Below are positions 36,540 to 46,227 of a stretch of DNA of 64,000 bases, piece by piece. Numbering within the stretch: position 1 is the first letter of the stretch; the number at the start of each line of letters is the position of its first letter. The position numbers were made by a program, and so were the translations under genes. Origin of the DNA: Candidatus Caldarchaeales archaeon (GTDB lineage: Archaea > Thermoproteota > Nitrososphaeria_A > Caldarchaeales > Calditenuaceae); contig JBCNVM010000006.1 of NCBI GenBank assembly GCA_039630085.1, positions 1 to 64,000 on the forward strand. The letters run 5' to 3'. The notes below the pieces were generated by a model. The model was not told the DNA's origin and made no database searches. It saw only the letters and a list, made by a program, of their open reading frames with translations.

Positions 36540-37736
36540 ATGCGCGTCGCGCTGGCATACAGCGGGGGCCTCGACACGACCGTCTCGATCAAGTGGCTTC
36601 AGGAGAAGTACGGCGCGGAGGTGATCACGGTGACCGTCGACGTCGGCCAGCCCGAGGACTTCGAGGAGGTCGAGAGGAGGGCCTACGCCGCCGGCGCGGT
36701 CAAGCACTACCTGATCGACGGGAAGGCGAGGTTCGCTGGGGAGTTCGTCTCGAGGGCAATCAAGGCCAACGCCCTCTACGAGGGCGAGTACCCGGTCTCG
36801 ACGGCCTTGGCGAGGTACCTGATCGCGGAGGAGGTGGCGAGGGTAGCGAAGGCCGAAGGCTGCGACGCGGTCGCGCACGGGTGTACCGGAAAGGGGAACG
36901 ACCAGCTGAGGTTCGACGCGACCTTCGCGGTCTTGGTCCCGGAGATGAGGGTGATCGCGCCTGTAAGGGAGTGGGGGATGAGCAGGGACGAGGAGGTGGA
37001 GTACGCTAGGTCCAGGGGCCTGAGGCTGGACCCGAAGAAGAGCAAGTTCAGCATCGACGAGAACCTCTGGGGCAGGTCCCTCGAGGCCGGAGAGCTGGAG
37101 GACCCGTGGAACGAGCCGCCCTGGGACGCGCTGAAGTTCGTGAGGCCCCCCTCTGAGTGGAGGGACGGCGAGGACTTGGTCGTGGAGTTCGAGGGGGGCG
37201 TGCCGGTCTCGGTCGACGGCGAGAGGATGAGGCTCGACGCGATGGTGCAGCACCTCAACTTCAGGGCAGGGAGGCACGGGGTCGGGCTGATCGACCACAT
37301 CGAGGACAGGGTGATAGGGCTGAAGTCCAGGGAGGTCTACGAGGCTCCGGCCGCGACCGTCCTGATCAGGGCCCACAGGGACCTAGAGAAGCTGGTGCTG
37401 AGCAGGAGGGCCCTCGCGTTCAAGAGACAGGTCGAGGAGGAGTGGGCCTGGCTCGTCTACGCGGGGCTCTGGTACGACCCGCTCAGGGAGGCGCTGGACG
37501 CTTTCGTCGACGAGACCCAGAGGACCGTGACCGGCGAGGTGAGGCTCAGGCTCGAGAGGGGCGCGCTGCTGGTGAGGGGAAGGAGGAGCCCCTACTCGGC
37601 GTACGCGGAGGACCTGATCACGTACTCGGCGGCGAGCAGGTTCGACCAGCGCGCCGGAGAGGCCTTCTCGAGGATCTGGTCGCTGGAGTCACAGGTCGTC
37701 AACAGGGCTAGGGGAAGGTTCAGGCCCGGCCGCTGA
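36540..37736 (+). CDS. argG: Argininosuccinate synthase
   Basis: LAYSGGLDT, AHGCTGKGNDQLRF, SIDENLWG, KSREVYEAP. Confidence 0.96.
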   Translation: MRVALAYSGGLDTTVSIKWLQEKYGAEVITVTVDVGQPEDFEEVERRAYAAGAVKHYLIDGKARFAGEFVSRAIKANALYEGEYPVSTALARYLIAEEVARVAKAEGCDAVAHGCTGKGNDQLRFDATFAVLVPEMRVIAPVREWGMSRDEEVEYARSRGLRLDPKKSKFSIDENLWGRSLEAGELEDPWNEPPWDALKFVRPPSEWRDGEDLVVEFEGGVPVSVDGERMRLDAMVQHLNFRAGRHGVGLIDHIEDRVIGLKSREVYEAPAATVLIRAHRDLEKLVLSRRALAFKRQVEEEWAWLVYAGLWYDPLREALDAFVDETQRTVTGEVRLRLERGALLVRGRRSPYSAYAEDLITYSAASRFDQRAGEAFSRIWSLESQVVNRARGRFRPGR

Positions 37737-39111
37737 GGAACCTCTCCCTCACCGCCTCGAACCGCTCCTCCGCCCTTTTGATCACCGAACCCTCGTCCAT
37801 CGTCAGGACCCTCCCGTCCATCACGACCGGTTGGCCGTCGACGAAGACGTGGGCGACGTCGCGGCCCGTCGCGGCGTAGACGAGCAGGGAGACCGGGTCG
37901 GTGAACGGAGCCACAGAGGGACTGCCGGTCCTCACCACGACCACGTCGCCCCTCTTCCCCCTCTCCAGCGTGCCTATCCGCCCCTCGAGGCCCAGGGCCC
38001 TCGCTCCTTTGATCGTCGCGATCTCGAGGGCGTCCCAGGCCGTGAAGCGGTCAGGTCCGTAGAGCGCCTTCTGGAAGAGGGCTGCGACCTTCATCTCCCT
38101 CACCATGTCGTAGGAGTCATTGCTCGGTCCCCCGTCGCACCCCAGCGATACGTTGACCCCCCTCTCCAGCATCCTGACGACCGGGGCTATCCCCGAGCCG
38201 AGCTTCGCGTTGGAGGAGGGACAGTGGGCCACCGAGGTCCCGGTCGCGGCGAAAGCATCCATGTCCTCCTCCGAGAGCCAGACGCAGTGGGCGTAGACCC
38301 TCTTCCTCCCCAGCAGCCCGAACCTCCTCAGGAAGGAGGAAGGAGTGAAGCCCCTCGAGGCGAAGTAGGCCAGGTCCCCCCTCACCTCCGCGAGGTGCAT
38401 GGTGATGCCCGCGCCCGTCTCCTCCGCCAGCTCCGCGGCCCTCTCGAACATCTCGTCCGACACGGCTCCCGGAGTCCTGAGCCCGATCCAGAAGTCGATC
38501 CTTCCACTGCCCGCGCCGGCCCACTTCCTCCTCGCGTCGAGGAACTGCCTGACGCACTCCTCGCCCTCCTCGACCATGCCCTCGGGAAGCGCGTCCTTCA
38601 CCGTCGCGTAGCCCTTCAGGTCCATCACCTTCTTCGAGAGCACGGCCCTTATCCCAGACTTGAGGACCGACTCGGCTATCCCGTCGATCCCGTACCTCGC
38701 GTGGAGTCCCGCCTCGAGGAAGGTCGTCGTCCCGGTCCTGAGCATCTCGAGGACGCAGAGCTCCGCGCTGGCCCTCCCGTCCTCGCCGTCGTAGACGCCC
38801 TGAAGCCTCCAGACCCAATCCCTCAGCCATGGGATCAGCGTGACCGTGTCGGGGACGAAACCTCGTATCAGGGCTTGGGCGAGGTGGACGTGCGTGTCGA
38901 CCAGTCCGGGGATCGCGACGCCCCGGGACTCGTCTATCACGAGGTCGTCCTTCGACCACCTCCCGACGCCGTTGCGCTCGCCGACGTAGGAGATCACCCC
39001 GTCCTCGATCAGAACGGCTCCATCCCTGATGACCTCGCCCCTCCTCGCGACCGGGACGACCGCGCCGCACCTGATCAGGGCCCTCTCGACCCTACCCACG
39101 CCCCTCCTCAC
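37720..39111 (-). CDS. Amidohydrolase-family deaminase (SsnA/MtaD/guanine deaminase-like)
   Basis: PGLVDTHVH, MHLAE, AHCV, HCPSSNAKLGSG, LGCDG; last gene of the xdh-like operon. Confidence 0.88.
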   Translation of the reverse strand: MRRGVGRVERALIRCGAVVPVARRGEVIRDGAVLIEDGVISYVGERNGVGRWSKDDLVIDESRGVAIPGLVDTHVHLAQALIRGFVPDTVTLIPWLRDWVWRLQGVYDGEDGRASAELCVLEMLRTGTTTFLEAGLHARYGIDGIAESVLKSGIRAVLSKKVMDLKGYATVKDALPEGMVEEGEECVRQFLDARRKWAGAGSGRIDFWIGLRTPGAVSDEMFERAAELAEETGAGITMHLAEVRGDLAYFASRGFTPSSFLRRFGLLGRKRVYAHCVWLSEEDMDAFAATGTSVAHCPSSNAKLGSGIAPVVRMLERGVNVSLGCDGGPSNDSYDMVREMKVAALFQKALYGPDRFTAWDALEIATIKGARALGLEGRIGTLERGKRGDVVVVRTGSPSVAPFTDPVSLLVYAATGRDVAHVFVDGQPVVMDGRVLTMDEGSVIKRAEERFEAVRERFLSGRA

Positions 39112-41389
39112 CCGCCCTGAACCTGTCCACGACGCCCGCCTCCTTCAGGAGCCAGTAGACCCTCTCGGGGGTCATGGGGACCGAAGTCGGCTCGACGCCG
39201 CACGCGTCCGCGATCGCGTTGGCTATCGCCGGCGCCACCGAGAGGATACCGACCTCGCCTATGCCCTTCGCGCCGAAGGGCCCCTCCTCCTCGTAGCTCT
39301 CGACGGGTATCACCTCGATTCTCGGCGCGTCCTTCGAGCTCGGTATCAGGTAGGTCGAGAGGTCCCTCGTCAGCAGGTAGCCGTCGGCGATCCTAGCGTC
39401 CTCCATCAGCGCGAACCCCAGGCCCTGGACCACGGCGCCCTCGATCTGGCCGGTGAAGTTGAGCGGGTTGATCACCCTGCCCGCGTCGACGACCGCGACG
39501 ACCCTCGGGACCGTCACGGACCCCGTCAGCACGTTCACGATCACCTCCGCGACCGTCACGCCGAACATGAAGAAGAGGTGCGGTATCTCGAGCGTCCCGG
39601 GTATCGGCTCGGCCTTGGGGACCTCGTAGGTCCCGACGACCCTCCTGCCCAGCCCCCTCGCCTCCAGCCTCTCCGCCAGCTCCCCGAGCGGGATCGGCCT
39701 CCCCGAGTCTACGACCGCGCCCTCCTCCGTGAACGAGACGCTCGAAGGCCGCCTCCCGGTATCCGCCTCGAAGAGGTCCTTCACCCTCTCCGCGAGGGCC
39801 TCTACCGCCCTCCTCAGCGCGTTCCCGGCCAGGAAGACCTGCCTCGAGGCCGACGTGACGCTGGTGTCCGGAGACCTCTCCGTGTCCGCGAAGAGCACCT
39901 GGACCCTCTCGACTGGGATCCTGAGGAGCTCGGCGGCGAGCTGGGCCACGGACTCCACCACGCCCTGACCGATCTCCGTGAAGCTCCCGCCCACGACGAC
40001 CGTTCCGTCGGGGTTGAGCTCGAGCGAGACGCTTCCCCTGTCGGGCAGGGCGCCGATCGTGTATCCCTTCATCCCGGCCGCGACGCCTATCCCCCTCCTC
40101 AGCCACGGGTACTCCAGGTCCGCGGGCCTTCCCCTCTCCCTCCAGAGCGGGTGCTCCCTCGCGGCCTTCAGGCAGTCGTAGATCCCGACGCTCCCCTCCA
40201 TCCTGTTCCCGAAGACGTAGAGGTCGCCCTTCCTGACCGCGTTGATCATCCTCAGCTCGATCGGGTCCATCCCGAGCTTCCTCGCGATCCTGTCTACCTG
40301 CCTCTCCATCGCGAAGAGGACCTGCGGAGCTCCGAAGCCCCTGAAGGCAGAGGCGACCATGTTGTTGGTGTAGACGAGGTACGCGTCAATCCTCGCGCTG
40401 GCTATCCTGTACGGGCCGTTGCAGTTCTCGATCGCGACGTCGAGCACCGCAGGGCCCAGGGCCGCGTAGGCTCCGGTGTCGTAGACTATCTCGACCTCGT
40501 TCGCGAGCAGCCGGCCGTCCCTCGAGGCCGCTGTCCTCATCCTGATCACCGCGGGGTGCCTCTTGGTCCCGGAGACCATCGACTCCTCCCTCGAGAGGAC
40601 GAGCCTCGCGGGCCTGCCGGTCCTCATCGTCACCAGCGCCAGGTGTATCTGGACAGAGACGTCGTCCTTCCCGCCGAACGCTCCTCCCACGTAGGGCGTG
40701 ATCACCCGTATCCTCTCCGGAGGGAGGTCGAGGGCGTGGGCGATCTCGGCCCTGTCCCTGTGAGGCGACTGTCCTCCCGCCACCACGACTATCCTCCCCT
40801 GCTCGTCGAGGTAGGAGACCCCGGCCTCGGTCTCGAGGAACGCGTGGATCTGGGTGCCTGTGGTGTAGGTCCCCTCGACCACCACGTCGGCCGCCGCGAA
40901 GGCCGCCTCCACGTCCCCGAACCTGAGGCTGGTCTTCCTGCAGACGTTCCCGCCGTCGTGGACCTTCGGCGAGTCGGGCATCATCGCCCTGACGGGGTCC
41001 GTCACCGGAGGCAGGGGCTCATACTCGACCTCGATCAGCTTGACGGCCTCCGTCGCCGCCTCCCTCGTCTCAGCGGCCACCAGCGCGACCGGGTCGCCGA
41101 CGTACCTGACCTTGTCGTCGCAGAGGACCGGCCTGTCCTTCACGAATACGCCGAACCTGTTGACCGGGACGTCCTCGTGCGTGAGGACCGCCACTACTCC
41201 GGGATGGGACCTGGCCCTCGACGCGTCGATCCGCTTGATCAGCGCGTGCGGGTACCTGCTCCTCAGGACGGAGACCCAGAGGAATCGGTCGGGGAAGAGG
41301 TCGGAGGCGTACTTCGCCGAGCCGGTCGCCTTCTCGAGCGCGTCCCTCCTCACCACGGGGGCGCCCACGTAGGTCGTCCGTGAGGTCAG
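39092..41389 (-). CDS. Xanthine dehydrogenase family Mo-binding subunit; probable CTG start
   Basis: YVGAPVVRRDALEKATG, HAFLETE, VGGAFGGK, AFRGFGAPQ, GQIEG, GAKGIGE. CTG 41389 overlaps the upstream TGA; GTG 41368 is an alternative start. Confidence 0.88.
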   Translation of the reverse strand: MTSRTTYVGAPVVRRDALEKATGSAKYASDLFPDRFLWVSVLRSRYPHALIKRIDASRARSHPGVVAVLTHEDVPVNRFGVFVKDRPVLCDDKVRYVGDPVALVAAETREAATEAVKLIEVEYEPLPPVTDPVRAMMPDSPKVHDGGNVCRKTSLRFGDVEAAFAAADVVVEGTYTTGTQIHAFLETEAGVSYLDEQGRIVVVAGGQSPHRDRAEIAHALDLPPERIRVITPYVGGAFGGKDDVSVQIHLALVTMRTGRPARLVLSREESMVSGTKRHPAVIRMRTAASRDGRLLANEVEIVYDTGAYAALGPAVLDVAIENCNGPYRIASARIDAYLVYTNNMVASAFRGFGAPQVLFAMERQVDRIARKLGMDPIELRMINAVRKGDLYVFGNRMEGSVGIYDCLKAAREHPLWRERGRPADLEYPWLRRGIGVAAGMKGYTIGALPDRGSVSLELNPDGTVVVGGSFTEIGQGVVESVAQLAAELLRIPVERVQVLFADTERSPDTSVTSASRQVFLAGNALRRAVEALAERVKDLFEADTGRRPSSVSFTEEGAVVDSGRPIPLGELAERLEARGLGRRVVGTYEVPKAEPIPGTLEIPHLFFMFGVTVAEVIVNVLTGSVTVPRVVAVVDAGRVINPLNFTGQIEGAVVQGLGFALMEDARIADGYLLTRDLSTYLIPSSKDAPRIEVIPVESYEEEGPFGAKGIGEVGILSVAPAIANAIADACGVEPTSVPMTPERVYWLLKEAGVVDRFRAGEEGRG

Positions 41390-42270
41390 ATGACACCGAC
41401 CTCCCTCGCGATCCTCCAGAGGGTCATGAAGACGTAGTTGACCGAGAGCTCCCTGCGGTACGCCGCGGAGCCCCTTACGTCGTCGATCGGCGAGATGGAC
41501 CTCAGGACCGCCCGGGTTGCGTCCCACATCGCGTCCTCCCTGAGCCTCCTCCCCTTCAGGGCCATCTCGGCCTCTCGGGCCCTCACGACCGTCGGCGCGA
41601 CCGCTCCCAGCGCTATCGCGGCGCCCCTCACGAGGTCCCCCTCGAGGTCAAGGAGGACCGCGCCGTTGACGACCGATATCGCGTCGCCCTGCCTGAGGCC
41701 GTGCTTGAAGAAGTGGCCGACCTCGCTCCCCTTCGCCGACCTGACCCGGACCTCCGCGAGCAGCTCGTCGGGCCCCATGTCCAGCTTCTTGTAGCCCCTG
41801 TAGAACTCCTCGATCCCAACTATCCTAGATCTCCGAAGGCTGAGAAGCTTCAGCTCCGCGTCGAGGACGTAGAGCGCGGGGAGCGAGTCCGCCGCAGGGG
41901 AGGCGTTGACGACGTTGCCGCCTATCGTCCCCTTGTTCATGATCTGGACAGAGCCGACCGTCTCCGCGGCCTCCGCGAGGACCGGCGCGTGCCTCCTGAT
42001 CACTTCGGAGGAGGCGATCTCCGAGAAAGTCGTGAGCGCGCCTATCGCGATCCTCCCGTCCTCGTGCCTGACGTACCTCAGCTCCCTGAGCCCCGAGACG
42101 TCGAGAAGGTCGGCCTTCGGCAAGGCCCCGGACCTCATCTGGACCAGCAGGTCGGTCCCTCCTGCGAGCACCCTGATCCCCTTCCTTTCCGCGAGCACCC
42201 TGAGGGCCTCGTCCAGGTCCCTGGGGACAACGACGTCGACGTCGTGGAGGAGGACCTCCAACTCAGGCAC
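41386..42270 (-). CDS. Xanthine dehydrogenase family FAD-binding subunit
   Basis: LAGGTDL, IGALTT, QIMNKGTIGGN..NASPAAD, PIDDVRGSAAYR. Confidence 0.92.
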   Translation of the reverse strand: MPELEVLLHDVDVVVPRDLDEALRVLAERKGIRVLAGGTDLLVQMRSGALPKADLLDVSGLRELRYVRHEDGRIAIGALTTFSEIASSEVIRRHAPVLAEAAETVGSVQIMNKGTIGGNVVNASPAADSLPALYVLDAELKLLSLRRSRIVGIEEFYRGYKKLDMGPDELLAEVRVRSAKGSEVGHFFKHGLRQGDAISVVNGAVLLDLEGDLVRGAAIALGAVAPTVVRAREAEMALKGRRLREDAMWDATRAVLRSISPIDDVRGSAAYRRELSVNYVFMTLWRIAREVGVI

Positions 42271-42727
42271 CCGCCGCCCTCAGGACCGCGGCCACGACCT
42301 TCGCGTACCCGGTGCATCTGCAGAGGTTCCCCCTTATCGCTTCCCTCACCTCCTCCTCCGTCGGCCTGGGGTTCCTCGAGAGGAGCGCGTAGGAGGTCAC
42401 GATCAGGCCCGGAGTGCAGTGGCCGCACTGTATCGCGCCCGACTCGACGAACGCCCTCACCAGCGGGTGCGCAGGGTCGATCCCCTCGATCGTCGTGACG
42501 TTCTTCCCCTCGACCTGGGTCATCGTGGTCAGGCACGCGTGGACTGGCTCCCCGTCGACGAGGACGGTGCACTCGCCGCAGTCCCCCCTAGCACAGCCCT
42601 CCTTCACCCCGGTCATCCTGAGCTCGTACCTCAGGACCTCGAGGAGCGAGTACGCGGGCGGAGCCCTGACCTTCACGGGCCTCCCGTTCAGAACGAAGCT
42701 GAACTCCCTCTCGACCCTACGTGTCAT
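42263..42727 (-). CDS. Xanthine dehydrogenase family [2Fe-2S] subunit
   Basis: GCARGDCGECTV..C, QCGHCTPG, GNLCRCTGY. Confidence 0.93.
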   Translation of the reverse strand: MTRRVEREFSFVLNGRPVKVRAPPAYSLLEVLRYELRMTGVKEGCARGDCGECTVLVDGEPVHACLTTMTQVEGKNVTTIEGIDPAHPLVRAFVESGAIQCGHCTPGLIVTSYALLSRNPRPTEEEVREAIRGNLCRCTGYAKVVAAVLRAAGA

Positions 42728-42823
42728 CCGTGACTCTCTAAACCCCCGGCTGAAGATAAAAACGTGAACCGTCACTCCGGGACGCGACAGACATATCAGA
42801 CGCCGGGCCTCCGTAGGTGCGAG

Positions 42824-43120
42824 ATGCTGGTCTACAGGGGGAGCAAGGAGGCGGTCGCGAAGGCCGTCGAGCGAATTCTCTCGGACGAGATGGGCTCGAG
42901 GGCGAACGTCATCGTGAGGGACGCGGCGCAGCTGACCGGAGGCCAGGGCCAGTACGTCAGGGTGCTAGGGACGGAGGAGCAGGAGGCAAGGATCAGGGAG
43001 CTGGTCGGCTCCGAGCTCGAGGAGGTCAAGGGCGAAGAGCTTGAACGCGTCGTGAACGCGCTCCAAGAGGAGGACGAGAGGGCGCTCTCCGGGATGGGGA
43101 TGATCTTCGGCGGCGAGTAG
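42824..43120 (+). CDS. Small acidic conserved archaeal hypothetical protein
   Basis: 98 aa, host-like codon usage, ends EEDERALSGMGMIFGGE. Confidence 0.65.
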   Translation: MLVYRGSKEAVAKAVERILSDEMGSRANVIVRDAAQLTGGQGQYVRVLGTEEQEARIRELVGSELEEVKGEELERVVNALQEEDERALSGMGMIFGGE

Positions 43121-43277
43121 GATCAGGTGCGACGCCGTGCCGCGCGCACGCGACCACATCCAGCTAAATGTATCACGGTATTCGTTGCGAACGTGACAAA
43201 TGTCTATTGGGGCCGCTCGTGACAATAGTTCTCCGACTCCGGACGCGCAGGTCACCCGATTAGCCGTAACTCGCGGC

Positions 43278-44300
43278 TCAGGCGGTCAGCCAGCTCGACA
43301 TGCTCTCGGTCGACCTGACCAACCTAGCGCCCTCTGAGGCGAACTTCCTGTAGTAGAGCTCAGCGGACTCGGTGTAGTCCACGACGCCCTTCACCACGAC
43401 CGGAGAGGAACAGTCGTCAAGCAGGTGTATCCTCTTGACCAAGGCCGGGTCCCTCTCCTTGAACGCGCCGATCAGGTCCTCGACGGTCCACGCGACGCAG
43501 TGGCTCTTCGCCTGGCCTGCGACCAGAATCACGTCGTATCTGCTCAGCTCGTCCACAAGCTCCACGTCCAGAGCTCCGAGCATCTCGCCGTCGGGGCCGG
43601 TCTTGACCTCCGGCTGCAGCGCTGAGTAGTGCTCGGTGAACGGGTTCGTCCCCTTGATCCTGACGAAGGGCTGCGAGCCCCTCGCTATTGAGTGGAAGAA
43701 GACCGCCTCCTCCACCGCCGAGACGATCGCGTGGCCTATCCCTCCTAGCATCGCGTGGAACGGCCATATCGTAAGCTCGTACTTCCCGGACCTCTCCAGC
43801 GACTCTACGTAGTGGAGCAGGTGCCTCTGGCCCCACTCCCTCGAGACCCCCAGCGCGTTGCAGGCCTCCGGGTCCACGGACCACCTCCCGCGCCTCACGT
43901 CCTCGACAGAGACCCTCGCGTAAGGCTCCGGGTGGTTCCCGTCCCTGTCGACGAGGAATGTCTCGTGGAAGATCTGATAGGCCTGGTGGGTGTCCATCGT
44001 CAGGTAGATCCTAGTTACGTTCTCGAGGTTCCTGTAGACGAACTGGCAGAGCCTGACGTTGTCTTCTACCGCTCCTAGCCCCGACCTCCCGGCCACGAAG
44101 AGCTCGAAGCCCGGCACGCAGAATGTGTTCTGGACGTCGATCAGGAGCAGCGCGACCCTCCGGTCGTCCCTTGACGCAGGCCTGACCCCGTACGTCCTCG
44201 CCCACCTCCTCGCGTCTCTAGCCCTCTCCGCGTAGTCGACCCTCCAGACGTCGCCCACCAGCTCCGGCCTGAAGTGGGGAGGAATGGGGAGCTCCCTCAT
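43278..44300 (-). CDS. Long-type nicotinamidase/isochorismatase-family cysteine hydrolase
   Basis: LLIDVQNTFC (Asp), DTH, WPFH, IKGTNPFTEHYS (Lys), GQAKSHCV (Cys); divergent from pncB. Confidence 0.82.
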   Translation of the reverse strand: MRELPIPPHFRPELVGDVWRVDYAERARDARRWARTYGVRPASRDDRRVALLLIDVQNTFCVPGFELFVAGRSGLGAVEDNVRLCQFVYRNLENVTRIYLTMDTHQAYQIFHETFLVDRDGNHPEPYARVSVEDVRRGRWSVDPEACNALGVSREWGQRHLLHYVESLERSGKYELTIWPFHAMLGGIGHAIVSAVEEAVFFHSIARGSQPFVRIKGTNPFTEHYSALQPEVKTGPDGEMLGALDVELVDELSRYDVILVAGQAKSHCVAWTVEDLIGAFKERDPALVKRIHLLDDCSSPVVVKGVVDYTESAELYYRKFASEGARLVRSTESMSSWLTA

Positions 44301-44422
44301 CGGGCGTTCCTGGTCGAGCCTGAAGATCAGCCTTCCCGACGCGGTAATGCGTTCGCGCTCGAGGGCCGTTGCCTAGAAATTACACGTTAAAAAGACTCGT
44401 CCTCTACTGGGGTGGAACCGGG

Positions 44423-45634
44423 ATGAGCCTCAGGCCGAGGATTTACTACGCCGACGAGAGGGCCATCCTCGAGGGTCGGGTGACCGACGTCTACTTCCTC
44501 AGGACCGAGGAGATCGTCAGGAGGAGCGGGCTCGGGGAGAGGAGGGTCTGCGCGGACGTCCACAGCTACAGCTTGCCCGAGGGCTACTCCTGGGCGGTCT
44601 TCGCGGGGCTCGAGGAGGCCCTCAGGCTCCTGGAGGGCAGGAGGGTGAACGTCTACGCGATGGAGGAGGGCGAGGTCTTCAGGCCCTTGGAGCCCGTGGC
44701 GGAGATCGAGGGGCCCTACGCGGAGTTCGGCGTCCTCGAGTCCTCGATCCTCGGGGTCCTCAGGCACGAGTCGAGCGTCGCCACGAAGGCCGCGAGGGTG
44801 AGGCTCGCCACCTGGGGGAAGCTGCTGGTCTTCTTCGGGATAAGGTGCGTCCACCCGGCCGTGGCCCCCGCTGTCGACAGGGCCGCGTTCATAGGGGGCT
44901 GCGACGCGGTCTCGGGCGTCCTCGGGGCCGAGATGCTCGGCGAGAGGCCCGTCGGTACGATGCCCCACGCCCTAATCATCCTCTTCGGCGACCAAGAGAA
45001 AGCATGGAGGGCCTTCGACGAGGTCATGCCTCCCGAGGTCCCCAGGATTGCGCTCTGCGACACCTTCGACGACGAGCGCGTCGAGTCCCTGAAGGCCGCG
45101 AGGGCGCTGGGCGAGAGGCTCCATGCGGTGAGGCTCGACACGCCGAGCTCGAGGAGGGGCAACATGAGGGCGATCGTCGAGGAGGTCAGGTGGACGCTGA
45201 AGGTGAACGGTTACGACTGGGTCAAGGTCTTCGTCAGCGGCGGCATCGACGAGGAGGAGGCGAGGGAGCTGGCCGACGTCGCGGACGGGTTCGGCGTCGG
45301 AACTTCGATCGCATTCCCGCCGTCGGTCGATCTTGCGATGGACATCGTCGAGGTGGACGGTTCGCCGCTCTCGAAGAGGGGGAAGTTCCCGGGGAGGAAG
45401 CAGGTCTACAGGTGCGAGAGGTTCCACGACACGCTCGTCCCGCGGAACAAGGAGCTGGAGAGGTGCCCGACGTGCGGCGGCGACGTGAGACCGCTGCTGA
45501 GGCCCGTGATGCTCGACGGAGAGCTCATCGAGCCGATCGAATCGCCGAGGGAGATCAGGGAGCGGGTGATCAAGAGGCTCGGCGCGATCAGGGAGATGGA
45601 CGGTCAACTGCCGCCGGTCAAAGTGCTCGCGTAG
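44423..45634 (+). CDS. pncB: Nicotinate phosphoribosyltransferase
   Basis: TDVYFLRT, FGIR, GTMPH, DTF, VRLDTPSSRRG, VSGG, GFGVGT, SKRGK. Confidence 0.92.
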   Translation: MSLRPRIYYADERAILEGRVTDVYFLRTEEIVRRSGLGERRVCADVHSYSLPEGYSWAVFAGLEEALRLLEGRRVNVYAMEEGEVFRPLEPVAEIEGPYAEFGVLESSILGVLRHESSVATKAARVRLATWGKLLVFFGIRCVHPAVAPAVDRAAFIGGCDAVSGVLGAEMLGERPVGTMPHALIILFGDQEKAWRAFDEVMPPEVPRIALCDTFDDERVESLKAARALGERLHAVRLDTPSSRRGNMRAIVEEVRWTLKVNGYDWVKVFVSGGIDEEEARELADVADGFGVGTSIAFPPSVDLAMDIVEVDGSPLSKRGKFPGRKQVYRCERFHDTLVPRNKELERCPTCGGDVRPLLRPVMLDGELIEPIESPREIRERVIKRLGAIREMDGQLPPVKVLA

Positions 45635-45726
45635 ACCGATTCTCGCCCCGGGAGCCTTCAAGCCGTTGGCATCGGGGCGGAGCCGCCACACAACTTTCTA
45701 ATAACGGACGCTCGCTAAAGTCCCCC

Positions 45727-46227
45727 GTGCCGGAGGAAGGGGACCGAGTCAAAGTCACGATCGAGTACCGTGGACTTCACACGTCGTTCGAGGGAGACCC
45801 CGAGGGAGTCGTCAGGGCGGTGAACGCGTTTTTCGAGAGGGTCCTGCCCTCCTACTCGCTGGCGAGGAGGCTCAACGTCGATGTCTCCGCGGAGGAGGTG
45901 ATCAGGGCCCTCGAGGGCTACATCGTCTACGACAGGACGGTCGGCATCGTCCACAAGCCGACCATTCACGGCTTCCCGGCTGCCGACCAGATCCTCTCAG
46001 TCCTCGCGGCGAGGTGGCTCGAGCACGTCCTCGGGATGAGGGAAAAGCCCGCCGTTCCCCTGAAGGCGATCTCCGAGGCCTTGGGCCTGAAGAGGGGGAC
46101 GCTGACCGCGGCGCTCTCCGAGCTGAGGAGGTCGGGCTGCTTGAGGAGCGTCGAGCGGGGCGATTACGAGATCACTATGGTGGGGCTTCAGACTCTGGTC
46201 GAGAGGCTTGCCGAGAGGTCGAGGTAG
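45727..46227 (+). CDS. Hypothetical protein: N-terminal beta-beta-alpha module plus C-terminal winged HTH
   Basis: Real C-terminal part of track ORF 44845..46227, from GTG 45727: VKVTIEYRGLHTSFEGDPE..ISEALGLKRGTLTAALSEL..GDYEITMVG. Confidence 0.7.
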   Translation: MPEEGDRVKVTIEYRGLHTSFEGDPEGVVRAVNAFFERVLPSYSLARRLNVDVSAEEVIRALEGYIVYDRTVGIVHKPTIHGFPAADQILSVLAARWLEHVLGMREKPAVPLKAISEALGLKRGTLTAALSELRRSGCLRSVERGDYEITMVGLQTLVERLAERSR

